This document shows positions 28,280-37,398 of a stretch of DNA of 64,000 bases, one piece after another. How positions within the stretch are numbered: the first letter of the stretch is position 1; the number at the start of each line of letters is the position of its first letter. This stretch comes from an uncultured Mycoplasmatota bacterium (lineage in GTDB: Bacteria; Bacillota_I; Bacilli_A; RF39; UBA660). The notes beneath the pieces were generated by a model. The model did not search any database and was not told the DNA's origin. It saw only the letters and a program-made list of their open reading frames with translations. The position numbers were made by a program, and so were the translations under genes. The DNA is taken from contig URHW01000002.1 of assembly GCA_900547775.1 (NCBI GenBank), forward strand, positions 13,041-77,040, given 5' to 3'.

Positions 28280-29656
28280 ATGATTAAAAATGCATTTGCA
28301 TATGTAACTAGAAAAAGTCTAAAATCAATAATTATATTGTTAGTTATAACAGCTATGTCAACGCTTTGTCTTATTAGTTTATCAATTAAAGACGCTACGA
28401 ACAGAGCTTCAAAAGAAACTTTCGGAAATATAACAAATAGTTTCTCTATGGAAATAAACCGAAGAGTTAATTTTGGAACACCAAGAGGTGGTGGCAATAT
28501 AAAAGGACAAGATATTAAAAAAATTGCTGAATCCAAAGATATTGATTCATATGTAAAAAGAATTAATAGTGTTGCTGATTTAGTAGATAATGATATAATA
28601 GAAACTCAAAAAACTCTTTCAGGTCAATCACCTGAAAGAGCAAAAAAATTTAAAAGAGCAGTTATGTTAACAGGCGTTAATGATTCATCAAAAGAAAATA
28701 AGTTTGTCTCAGGAGCTTACAAATTATCTAGTGGTGAACACTTAAATGAAAATGATAAAAACAAGATTTTAATGCATAAAGACTTAGCAGAAAAAAATAA
28801 TTTAAAAATTGGAGATAAAATAAAAATAAAATCTAATTTATTTGATGCTGATAATGAAAAAAGAGCAAATGAAAAAGTAGAAGTTGAGATAAAAGGTCTT
28901 TTTGATGGTCATAATGAAGGTGGCGTTACTGTAGCCCAAGAACTTTACGAAAATACTTTGATAACTGATTTAGATACGGCTGCAAAAGTATATGGAAATA
29001 CAGAGGATACTGCAGTATATCAAGATGCCACATTTTTTGTAAAAGGTGATAAAAATTTAGATAAGGTTATTAAAAATATTGAAAAACTCGATATAGATTG
29101 GAAACAATATAATTTGATTAAAAGTTCAAATAATTACCCAGCACTACAACAGTCTATATCAGGTATATATAAAATAGCTAACAAATTATTTGCAGGATCA
29201 TTATTATTTGCAGGCGTTACAGTTTCATTACTATTGTTTTTATGGATGAATGCTAGAAAAAAAGAAATTGCAATTTTGCTTTCATTAGGAATTTCAAAAG
29301 CCAAATTATTCGGACAATTTGTTATTGAAATAGTATTTGTATCAATTCCAGCATTTATAGGATCATACTTTCTAGCTGTTTATACAGCAAGTATGATTGG
29401 AAATAACATATTAAGTAAAGTCACTGGTACAATAGCAAAACAGATTGCTAAACAGTCAGCATCTAGCCAACTTGGAGGTGGAGCTGAAGTAGATGGATTT
29501 AATAAAACACTAACAAGTTTAGAAATTAATATATCTCCAAAATTAATGATATATGTAGTTTTATTTATGTCAATAGTTCTTATAATTTCTTTACTAATAT
29601 CTTCATCAAGCAATTTAAAGAAAAGTCCAAAAGAATTATTAATTGATACAAAATAG
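28280..29656 (+). CDS. FtsX/MacB-type ABC permease (second)
   Basis: Same architecture as 26336-27613; RBS AGGAGG. Confidence 0.8.
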   Translation: MIKNAFAYVTRKSLKSIIILLVITAMSTLCLISLSIKDATNRASKETFGNITNSFSMEINRRVNFGTPRGGGNIKGQDIKKIAESKDIDSYVKRINSVADLVDNDIIETQKTLSGQSPERAKKFKRAVMLTGVNDSSKENKFVSGAYKLSSGEHLNENDKNKILMHKDLAEKNNLKIGDKIKIKSNLFDADNEKRANEKVEVEIKGLFDGHNEGGVTVAQELYENTLITDLDTAAKVYGNTEDTAVYQDATFFVKGDKNLDKVIKNIEKLDIDWKQYNLIKSSNNYPALQQSISGIYKIANKLFAGSLLFAGVTVSLLLFLWMNARKKEIAILLSLGISKAKLFGQFVIEIVFVSIPAFIGSYFLAVYTASMIGNNILSKVTGTIAKQIAKQSASSQLGGGAEVDGFNKTLTSLEINISPKLMIYVVLFMSIVLIISLLISSSSNLKKSPKELLIDTK

Positions 29657-29689
29657 TAATAAATATTTAGAATTTATCAAAGTAAATCA

Positions 29690-30012
29690 GAAATGAACTG
29701 ACCACCAAAAGAGGATTGTAACCTGTATTTTACAGGAGACAGTCCTTTTAATTTCACTTTAATTTTATCATTATTATAATAATTAATATAGTCATCAATT
29801 GTTTTGTAATTATTTTCTTGGTCATAAAACATTTGGTTTTAAGAAGTCCAAAGAAATTTTCCATCATTTTCTAGACATACTTTATTTTATTCCTTTATTC
29901 TTTACCATTTGTTGATATGATTCGTGTTGATATTGTCATCCTTGATTCGAATGTAGGATTAATCCTTCTAAATTTTTATTATCTAATGCTTTATTGAGCA
30001 TGCCGTATTTAC
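29690..30012 (-). mobile_element. Degenerate C-terminal fragment of an IS3-family transposase
   Basis: Reverse strand reads LILHSNQG*QYQHESY..GIK*SMSRK, then (frameshifted) MENFFGLLK and DDYINYYNNDKIKVKLKGLSPVKYR; several stops and frameshifts; no N-terminal part, no inverted repeats seen. Confidence 0.6.
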
Positions 30013-30023
30013 TTATATAAAAA

Positions 30024-30051
30024 CCTCGTTTCTATGTTCAAAAAACGAGGC
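30024..30051 (-). terminator. Terminator downstream of gpsA
   Basis: CCTCGTTT/AAACGAGG 8-bp stem; on the - strand the hairpin is followed by TTTTTA. Confidence 0.65.
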
Positions 30052-30075
30052 TCATATCATTATTGGTTATTTTTT

Positions 30076-31041
30076 TTAGTCTTTATTAATTAAGAATGTT
30101 GCTAGTTTTTCTGGGTCGTCATTATTCATAACTATACTATATATTAAATCAACTACTGGCATTTTAATTTTTTTACGGTTAAGTAGGGTATAGATACTTT
30201 TTAGGGTATAATATCCTTCAACTGTAGTGGTTTCTAAATATTTTTTAGCTCCATCAAAGTCTTTCTTACCTAAAAGAATACCATAAGAATAGTTTCTACT
30301 TTTAACACTTGTACAAGTAAGAAGTAAATCTCCAATACCAGCAAAACTAAGTATTGTTTTCTTTCTGCCACCTAAAACTTTTATAAGCCATTTAATATCA
30401 TGCATTGATTCAACTATTAAGAAACTTCTAGTTGATTCATTATAACCAAGTCCGGTAATAATACCAGATGCTACTGCAATAACGTTTTTAATTGAACCGC
30501 AAAGTTCAACGCCTATCATATCAGAACTCTTTCTTAATTTAACACTATTACTTGATAGAGTTTCAATTATTAATTTAGAAGTTCTTCTATTAGATGCTGC
30601 TAAACTAAAGCCAATTGGTTCGCCACTTGCTAAATCTACGGCAAAGCTTGGGCCTGATATAACTGCATAATTGCTATTATTAGAGTTCTTCTTAAATACT
30701 TCATGAACAAATTCACAACTTCCTTGTTCAATGCCTTTACTACCAATACAATATACTGCATCTTTTTTAGCATATTTATTAATTTTTTTTGTTACATCAC
30801 CAATATATTTAGCACTTGTCATTAGATAAATAACATCAGCATCTATTACAGCATCTTTGATACTATCAGTAAATTTCATTTCCGTAGGTGTTTTAATACC
30901 AGGAATAATTTCTTTACCACTTTGTATTTCATTTAATTTATCTTTACTACTGCACCATACTGTTACATCATTACCATTTTTAAGCAAATTAACAGCGATA
31001 GCAAAGCCAAATGCCCCTGAACCTATAACTACACATCTCAT
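30076..31041 (-). CDS. gpsA: NAD(P)H-dependent glycerol-3-phosphate dehydrogenase
   Basis: VIGSGAFG, GPSFA, GSIKNVIAVASGI, GIGDLLLTCTS..SRN motifs. Confidence 0.9.
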   Translation of the reverse strand: MRCVVIGSGAFGFAIAVNLLKNGNDVTVWCSSKDKLNEIQSGKEIIPGIKTPTEMKFTDSIKDAVIDADVIYLMTSAKYIGDVTKKINKYAKKDAVYCIGSKGIEQGSCEFVHEVFKKNSNNSNYAVISGPSFAVDLASGEPIGFSLAASNRRTSKLIIETLSSNSVKLRKSSDMIGVELCGSIKNVIAVASGIITGLGYNESTRSFLIVESMHDIKWLIKVLGGRKKTILSFAGIGDLLLTCTSVKSRNYSYGILLGKKDFDGAKKYLETTTVEGYYTLKSIYTLLNRKKIKMPVVDLIYSIVMNNDDPEKLATFLINKD

Positions 31042-32249
31042 TACTTTTTCATCTCCTCATTGACCTTATTTAGGCCATTTTCATATTTATTAAAGTGTGG
31101 ACTATAAAATTTTGTATTAACTAGATTATCTGGTAAGTATTGTTGTTTAACATAATATTTAGGATAGTCGTGTGGATATTTATATTGTGGACTATTTGTT
31201 CTAATATGGCTAGGAACTTTACCAGCACCACCTTTACGTACTACATTAATAGCTTTATCTAGTGCTATATGTGCAGTATTACTTTTAGGAGATAGAGCCA
31301 TTTCAGTTACAACAACACTTAATGGAATTCTTCCTTCTGGCATACCAAGTAGCTTGACAGCCTCAATTGCAGCATGCACTTTAGGCCCGATTCCTGGATT
31401 TGCTAGGCCAATATCTTCATAAGCAATAACGCTCATTCTTCTAAAAATGATATCAAGATCTCCCGCTTCTAAAAGGACTGCTAAATAGTATAGGGCAGCA
31501 TCTACATCACTACCACGTATGGATTTTTGAAAGGCACTAATTGTATCATAATAACCAGAATCATTTTTGTCAGCAAATAGGGGAACTTTACCATTAACAG
31601 AAGTTACAACTTCTTTAGTAACTTTTTTATCACTAGTACTATAATAACAAACTTCTAGAAGGTTTAGTGCACTTCTTAAATCACCATTTGAATAACTTGC
31701 TATAGCTTTAATTGTGTCATCATCTATTGTAATATCTTCTAGTTTTTGAATTCCTTTTTTAAGTCCTATAATTATATCATCGGTACTTAATGGAAGTAAT
31801 TCAAATATCTGACATCTACTGCGAATTGCTGGATTAATTGAGTGATATGGATTAGATGTTGTAAGACCAATAATAGTAATTAAACCACTCTCTAAATATG
31901 GAAGTAATATATCTTGTTTATCTTTATTCATTCTATGTATCTCATCTATAACTAAGATCATTGAGCCATTCATTTTAGCTTCTTCAATAACAATATCAAA
32001 ATCTTCCTTTTTGTTTACTACGGCATTAAGTGTTCTATAGGTCATATTAAGTTCATGAACTATGGCACTAGCAATACTCGTTTTACCTGTTCCAGGAGGT
32101 CCATATAAAATCACTGAAAAAAGAACCTTATTATGAATGAGATTGCTTATAACTTTACCATCACCAACAAGATGACTTTGCCCAATAACGTCGCTTAACT
32201 TTTCTGGTCTTAAAATATTTGCAAGTAGTTCCATAAGTTTTTCCTCCAA
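31041..32249 (-). CDS. rarA: Replication-associated recombination protein A (AAA+ ATPase)
   Basis: GQSHLVG, Walker A GPPGTGKTS, Walker B VIDEIHR, C-terminal MgsA domain (FQKSIRGSD.DAALYYL). Confidence 0.9.
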   Translation of the reverse strand: MEEKLMELLANILRPEKLSDVIGQSHLVGDGKVISNLIHNKVLFSVILYGPPGTGKTSIASAIVHELNMTYRTLNAVVNKKEDFDIVIEEAKMNGSMILVIDEIHRMNKDKQDILLPYLESGLITIIGLTTSNPYHSINPAIRSRCQIFELLPLSTDDIIIGLKKGIQKLEDITIDDDTIKAIASYSNGDLRSALNLLEVCYYSTSDKKVTKEVVTSVNGKVPLFADKNDSGYYDTISAFQKSIRGSDVDAALYYLAVLLEAGDLDIIFRRMSVIAYEDIGLANPGIGPKVHAAIEAVKLLGMPEGRIPLSVVVTEMALSPKSNTAHIALDKAINVVRKGGAGKVPSHIRTNSPQYKYPHDYPKYYVKQQYLPDNLVNTKFYSPHFNKYENGLNKVNEEMKK

Positions 32250-32313
32250 CTAATATTATATATTATATTTGAAAAAAACTAAAGACAAATGTATAATTAA
32301 ATTGTGATGATAT

Positions 32314-33177
32314 ATGAATGAAAATCTAGAAAACTATCGTAACTATTTAAAATATGAACGAGCCTATAGTGATAATACGGTAGGTGCTTATATGAACGAT
32401 CTAAATAAATATGAAGAGTTTTTAAAGAAAGATATTTTAGAATCGGATACTGAAGATTTAGAAAAGTATTTAAAATATATTAAAAACTTGGAAAGTACTA
32501 CTGTAGCTCATAAAATAACGTCGATTAAGTCATATTTTAATTATAATATTAAAAGAGGAATAACAAGTGTGAATCCGGCTGATAAGGTATCTAGACCTAA
32601 ACTTACTAAACACTTGCCAGAATATTTAACTGAGGAAGAAGTAGGTAAGTTATTAGATGTTGAGGTTAAATCACCTTATGATTATCGCAATAAGACTATT
32701 TTAGAACTTTTATATTCTTCTGGGATTAGAATTAGTGAATTAGTTAACATAAAAACTCCTAATTATGACAGTGAAGAATGTCTAATTAGAATTATGGGAA
32801 AAGGTAGTAAAGAAAGAATTGTTCCTCTAGGAGATTATGCTGTAAATATTATGAATGATTACATGAACAATTATAGACCATTAATTAATAAGAAACATAC
32901 GGATTATGTTTTTATAAATAACAGGGGAGATAAGATAAGTAGGCAGTTTATTTTTAAAGTTATAAAAAAAGAAGCACTAAAAAAAGGTATAAAGAAAGAC
33001 ATCTCTCCTCATACCTTACGACACACATTTGCAACTCATTTATTAAAAAATGGTGCGGACCTAAGAATTATTCAAGAACTTCTTGGTCATGAAAATATAA
33101 GTACCACTCAAATTTATACACATGTGACTAATAATAAATTAAAGAGTGACTATGAAACATATTTCCCTAAAGATTAA
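32314..33177 (+). CDS. xerD: Tyrosine recombinase, XerD/XerC family
   Basis: 287 aa; SGIRISEL, HTLRHTFATHLL..GADLR.IQELLGHE.ISTTQIYTH catalytic region; XerC versus XerD cannot be decided from sequence alone. Confidence 0.7.
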   Translation: MNENLENYRNYLKYERAYSDNTVGAYMNDLNKYEEFLKKDILESDTEDLEKYLKYIKNLESTTVAHKITSIKSYFNYNIKRGITSVNPADKVSRPKLTKHLPEYLTEEEVGKLLDVEVKSPYDYRNKTILELLYSSGIRISELVNIKTPNYDSEECLIRIMGKGSKERIVPLGDYAVNIMNDYMNNYRPLINKKHTDYVFINNRGDKISRQFIFKVIKKEALKKGIKKDISPHTLRHTFATHLLKNGADLRIIQELLGHENISTTQIYTHVTNNKLKSDYETYFPKD

Positions 33178-33281
33178 CGTGCGTTGTTTTCATTATGACA
33201 TCCAGAGTTTTTACTTCCAGAGTTGTTTTTTGCTGATTCTCTAGCTGAATTTCTAGATTTAGCTTTGTTTTTGCTTTTCAT
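33174..33281 (-). CDS. Candidate 35-aa highly basic small protein (MKSKNKAKSRNSARESAKNNSGSKNSGCHNENNAR)
   Basis: Strong RBS AGGAGG 6 nt before ATG 33281; below the ORF-track size cut-off; stop overlaps the xerD-like stop (convergent). Confidence 0.4.
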   Translation of the reverse strand: MKSKNKAKSRNSARESAKNNSGSKNSGCHNENNAR

Positions 33282-33373
33282 ATCTTACCTCCTATACTTA
33301 TTATGTACTAAATTAGTTTTATAATTCGTTTAATAAATGGAAAATAATGGTATAAGAGGGCATATATTTTATT

Positions 33374-34123
33374 ATGAAAGAAATATTTTTACCATTTATA
33401 ATATCTTTAATTGCTGGTTTATCTACGCTTATTGGATATTTGTTCATTTATATTAAGCCGTCTAAAACAAGTGATTTTATTGGGGCATCGCTTGCATTTT
33501 CGATGACAATAATGATGATAATATCTATTACTGATTTGATTCCAGAAGGTTTCTTTTATTTAAAAAAAGAGTATAATATTTTCCTTGCTATTTTAATTTT
33601 AATTATTGCAATGTTTCTGGGATACATTTTAAATAGTTTGATAGGTAAGCAAATTAGTAAATCTAAAAAAGAGAAGGGGAGCTTGTATAAATTAGGTATA
33701 CTTTCAATGATAGCTTTAATGCTTCATAACTTGCCAGAGGGAATTTTAACTTTTTTAAGTTCAAGTTTAGATATTAAAATAGGACTTAAGTATAGTATTG
33801 CAATTATGCTTCATAATATTCCTGAAGGTATAGCAATAGCAATTCCAATATATTATAGTACTAGGTCTAAAGGTAAAGCACTATTTAATACTCTGGTAAG
33901 TGGTTTATCTGAGCCGCTTGGAGCGATTCTTGCTTATATATTTTTATATAGATATATGTCTAATACATTAATTAGTATTATTTTACTTATGACTGCTAGT
34001 ATCATGATAAGTATATCTATTAATGATATATTTAAAGAAACTGAGAAATATAATAAGTCATCAGTAATTAAAGGAATTATTTTAGGTATTGTTATTGGTT
34101 TTATAACTTTTATCCTTACCTAA
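33374..34123 (+). CDS. zupT: ZIP-family zinc transporter
   Basis: 249 aa, 8 TM; HNLPEGI and HNIPEGIA metal-binding motifs. Confidence 0.8.
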   Translation: MKEIFLPFIISLIAGLSTLIGYLFIYIKPSKTSDFIGASLAFSMTIMMIISITDLIPEGFFYLKKEYNIFLAILILIIAMFLGYILNSLIGKQISKSKKEKGSLYKLGILSMIALMLHNLPEGILTFLSSSLDIKIGLKYSIAIMLHNIPEGIAIAIPIYYSTRSKGKALFNTLVSGLSEPLGAILAYIFLYRYMSNTLISIILLMTASIMISISINDIFKETEKYNKSSVIKGIILGIVIGFITFILT

Positions 34124-34698
34124 CCTATATGTAAAGTAACTGTATACATATATGGAGAAGGGGAAAAGAGTAGTAAAATATAAAATATTATATGCCCGAG
34201 TACATATGTGCGTACATTAATATAATAACTAATAATCAAAAATAATAAATATATACCAGGAATCAAGAAGTTAATATATATAAAGAATAATAAATTAAAA
34301 ATTATGAAATGAATTTAGAAATAAAAAAAATAACTTAGTTAAAAGTTATTAATAATTAGTTTATAAAGATTAATGATTTACTAATTAGGGATTATATTAT
34401 AAACTATCCAAAATTATTATCTGAAGTAAGAGTTAACATAACATACATTATAGGAAGTTATACTAAAACTTAAAAAAGCTTATAAATTGTATACCTTAAC
34501 GATTTAACTATAAATCATTAAATTCATTTATAAGATATTTATGACTAAATTTTATTAAATTATAAATATATAACTTTGTAATCTATCATACTCTTATTAA
34601 TTATTATCTTTTAAAAATATGTTTATAACTATATTATTAGTTATGTTATAATTAATTTTTTGCTAATAAGTTAATAGATATAAAGATTGTTTTATTAA

Positions 34699-34753
34699 AA
34701 CCACTCCCCTTTTTATGTGAAAATTTAAAGTAGGGGAAGTGGTTATTTTTTTT
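34699..34753. terminator. Long hairpin terminator (potentially bidirectional) at the 3' end of the HTH gene
   Basis: AACCACTCCCCT (34699-34710) pairs with AGGGGAAGTGGTT (34732-44); T8 on the + side, TTTTAAT on the - side. Confidence 0.55.
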
Positions 34754-35555
34754 AATTCTTTTTTCGAGATTCAATTTCGTAAATCTTTTCGTAAACTTCA
34801 GCTGCATTTTCTGTGTTAATCTCAGTATAACCGAGTTCGCGTAGAGCTTGAACCTTAACAGTATTAAGTTGCTGAGTACGAGATAATTTTTCTTCTTTAC
34901 GAGTTTCAATTTCTTGAACGAATCTATTGTGAGACTCAATTACCCTATTCTTACTTGCATTTCCACTATTGTAAAGGGTAAAGGCAGAATGGACAATTCC
35001 TTCAAACATAAATTGTTTATCTTCGTTAAATTTAAATTCATTTGGATTAGTAAACCCAGCTGCCTTACTCATGTAAGCAAGCATATATTTAATTTCTGGA
35101 ATGTTTTCAATAGATTGAAGTAAACGATACATATAAAGTAGTGCATAATAACTTTCTTCATGATCATCTGTATCTAAAAGTTTTTCTTTAATTAAGAAAG
35201 AAATATCACTTACTAGTTGTTGTTCTTCTTTCTTTAATCCTTTTAAATCAAGGTACTCCCCTTGCATGTTATCTTTTAATCCTTTACTTAACCTATCCTC
35301 TACTTCCATTAGGTATTCTGTAGTAACTTTAATATTTTTAATAGTTTCTTCATCACCATCTTCAATATCTAATAGTTTAAGTAAAGATATCTTTTTCTCC
35401 TTTGGCCATTTGCTTAAATTAGGTAGTTCTAAATAGTTATAAACCATTTGTCTACTAACTCCTAAATATTTGGCAAGTCTAACTTTAGAGATGCCTAATT
35501 CTTGTAATATATCATTTAAATATTTCATAATATTTTTAATTTCTCTCCTATTCAT
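34752..35555 (-). CDS. XRE-type helix-turn-helix protein with uncharacterised C-terminal domain
   Basis: N-terminal LGISKVRLAKYLGVSRQMVYNYL HTH; 267 aa. Confidence 0.7.
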   Translation of the reverse strand: MNRREIKNIMKYLNDILQELGISKVRLAKYLGVSRQMVYNYLELPNLSKWPKEKKISLLKLLDIEDGDEETIKNIKVTTEYLMEVEDRLSKGLKDNMQGEYLDLKGLKKEEQQLVSDISFLIKEKLLDTDDHEESYYALLYMYRLLQSIENIPEIKYMLAYMSKAAGFTNPNEFKFNEDKQFMFEGIVHSAFTLYNSGNASKNRVIESHNRFVQEIETRKEEKLSRTQQLNTVKVQALRELGYTEINTENAAEVYEKIYEIESRKKN

Positions 35556-35571
35556 TATTGTTTACATTATT

Positions 35572-35600
35572 ATTGTACCCAGTTTACGTTCACTTGTCAA
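35572..35600 (-). promoter_or_regulatory. Promoter of the HTH gene
   Basis: Reverse strand TTGACA (35600-35595), 17-nt spacer, TACAAT (35577-35572). Confidence 0.55.
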
Positions 35601-35658
35601 GTGAGTTGGCATTAAAAAAGCCTAAAATTAAAGGCAATATTTTTATTTAATTGATTAT

Positions 35659-36765
35659 TTATAAATACCAAAGGTTTTCACCATTTTTCATTACTGTCTT
35701 AATTATTCCTGAACCTAGACATTGTTCTCCTAAATAGAATACACATGCTTGACCAGGGGTAACTGATTTAACTTTTTCAGGGTATTTTACAAGGATTTCA
35801 TTATTTTCTAAATACTCAAGGATTACTTCGTAATCGTTACCACGATATCTAAATTTTGCAGTGCAGAATGTTGGTCTTGATGGTGAGATGAAGTTTACGT
35901 TATCTACTAAGCAAGCATCTGAATAAAGTTCTTCTGGATCATCACCGAATGAAATGTATAGAATGTTTTTCTCGACGTCTTTACCAACGACAAAGTGTTT
36001 TTCTAGGTTACCAGATACACCAACATTTCTTCTTTGACCAATTGTATAGTTCATAAGACCTTGATGAGTACCGATAACATCACCTGTTTTAATATCAATA
36101 ATATCCCCTGGATTAGGTTTTAAGAAGTTAGAGATAAACTTTTGATAGTTACGTTCTCCAATGAAACATATACCAGTAGAGTCTTTCTTTTTAGCGGTTG
36201 GTATACCGGCTTCTTCAGCTATTTTTCTTACTTCTGGTTTAGTTAAGTGTCCAATTGGAAATAATACATCCTTAAATTGTCCGACAGGGACTTGTGCTAG
36301 GAAGTAGGTTTGATCTTTGTTTAGGTCAGCAGCTCTACATAATCTATTACCAATAATTCTCGCATAGTGACCAGTAGCAATTTTATCTGCACCTAGTTTT
36401 TTAGCTTCTTTAATAAATAAATCAAATTTAATATATTTATTACACATTAAGTCTGGATTAGGTGTTCTTCCAAGTTTTAACTCATTTAAAAAATATTCAA
36501 ATACGTTATCCCAATATTCTTTAACAAAATCTATACGATGAAGAGGAATATCTAGTTTATTACATACTTCTAAGGCATCATTATAGTCCTGTTCTTGAGG
36601 ACAAATATTATCATTAAGGGTTGGGTTACCACTAACGTCTCCATTAACCATGGCATCCCAGTTACGCATAAATAAACCGATTACTTCATATCCTTCTTTT
36701 TTTAGTAGGTAGGCCGCTACTGATGAGTCGACTCCCCCACTCATTCCAATTACAACTTTTTCCAT
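35659..36765 (-). CDS. mnmA: tRNA-specific 2-thiouridylase
   Basis: PP-loop GMSGGVDSSV, ATGHYAR, DQTYFL, KKDSTGICFIG motifs; ATG 36765 preferred (ORF extends to GTG 36774). Confidence 0.9.
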   Translation of the reverse strand: MEKVVIGMSGGVDSSVAAYLLKKEGYEVIGLFMRNWDAMVNGDVSGNPTLNDNICPQEQDYNDALEVCNKLDIPLHRIDFVKEYWDNVFEYFLNELKLGRTPNPDLMCNKYIKFDLFIKEAKKLGADKIATGHYARIIGNRLCRAADLNKDQTYFLAQVPVGQFKDVLFPIGHLTKPEVRKIAEEAGIPTAKKKDSTGICFIGERNYQKFISNFLKPNPGDIIDIKTGDVIGTHQGLMNYTIGQRRNVGVSGNLEKHFVVGKDVEKNILYISFGDDPEELYSDACLVDNVNFISPSRPTFCTAKFRYRGNDYEVILEYLENNEILVKYPEKVKSVTPGQACVFYLGEQCLGSGIIKTVMKNGENLWYL

Positions 36766-36791
36766 AAATATCACATATATATAATAGCAAA

Positions 36792-37361
36792 TTATAGAAG
36801 AAAAAGCAAAAGGCTTAGGATTTTATTGCTTAGAAAATAGATTAGTATTTCACTTATGATTGTTATACCTAAAAGGATACTTAATCTTTTGATGTGTTTA
36901 ATGATTAACATACTTTTGTCAGTGTGAAGTTTTTGGATGAATGATATACTATAAGTTATGCTTATAATACATAAATAACTGATTATTAGAAGCCAAACTA
37001 GTTTATTACATATAAATACACCTGTACCAAATAAAAGACCGGAAATGCCCTTATATTTAATCATAGAAGCGATAAAGAAACCGAGAGATGCTATTTCATA
37101 GAAGTTATAGAATATTACTAGTATGCTGCCAAAGACAGATAATGATAATACGAATAAGACACATAGAATTATGATGTGGTTGATTATGAAGTTTTGGGGC
37201 TCTAAGATAGATGTTTTTATATCACTTAAACTAGTGATGATTCCTTCTTTAATATTTGTATCTAGATTTAGAAAGATGTAGATACCAAATAGAAATGCGA
37301 TTACTAGAAGGCCAAATAAAAACTTAATTAGAAAGGTACTGCTATTATCTTTTAATTTCAT
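36792..37361 (-). CDS. Polytopic membrane protein (SpoIIM/DUF95-like by topology only)
   Basis: 189 aa, about 5-6 hydrophobic helices; no catalytic motif. Confidence 0.55.
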   Translation of the reverse strand: MKLKDNSSTFLIKFLFGLLVIAFLFGIYIFLNLDTNIKEGIITSLSDIKTSILEPQNFIINHIIILCVLFVLSLSVFGSILVIFYNFYEIASLGFFIASMIKYKGISGLLFGTGVFICNKLVWLLIISYLCIISITYSISFIQKLHTDKSMLIIKHIKRLSILLGITIISEILIYFLSNKILSLLLFLL

Positions 37362-37398
37362 AGCGTTCTCCTAATTAAGTATATAATTTTTATTTTGT

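Noticed and set aside
34128-34145. dif-like sequence (ATATGTAAAGT resembles the XerD arm TTATGTAAACT of the Bacillus dif as I recall it)
   Set aside because: Only the 11-nt arm matches, at 9/11. The expected XerC arm and 6-bp spacer upstream do not match at all.
34652-34939. 95-codon - strand ORF overlapping the 3' end of the HTH gene in another frame
   Set aside because: It overlaps a better-supported gene and runs through the terminator hairpin. It has no RBS.
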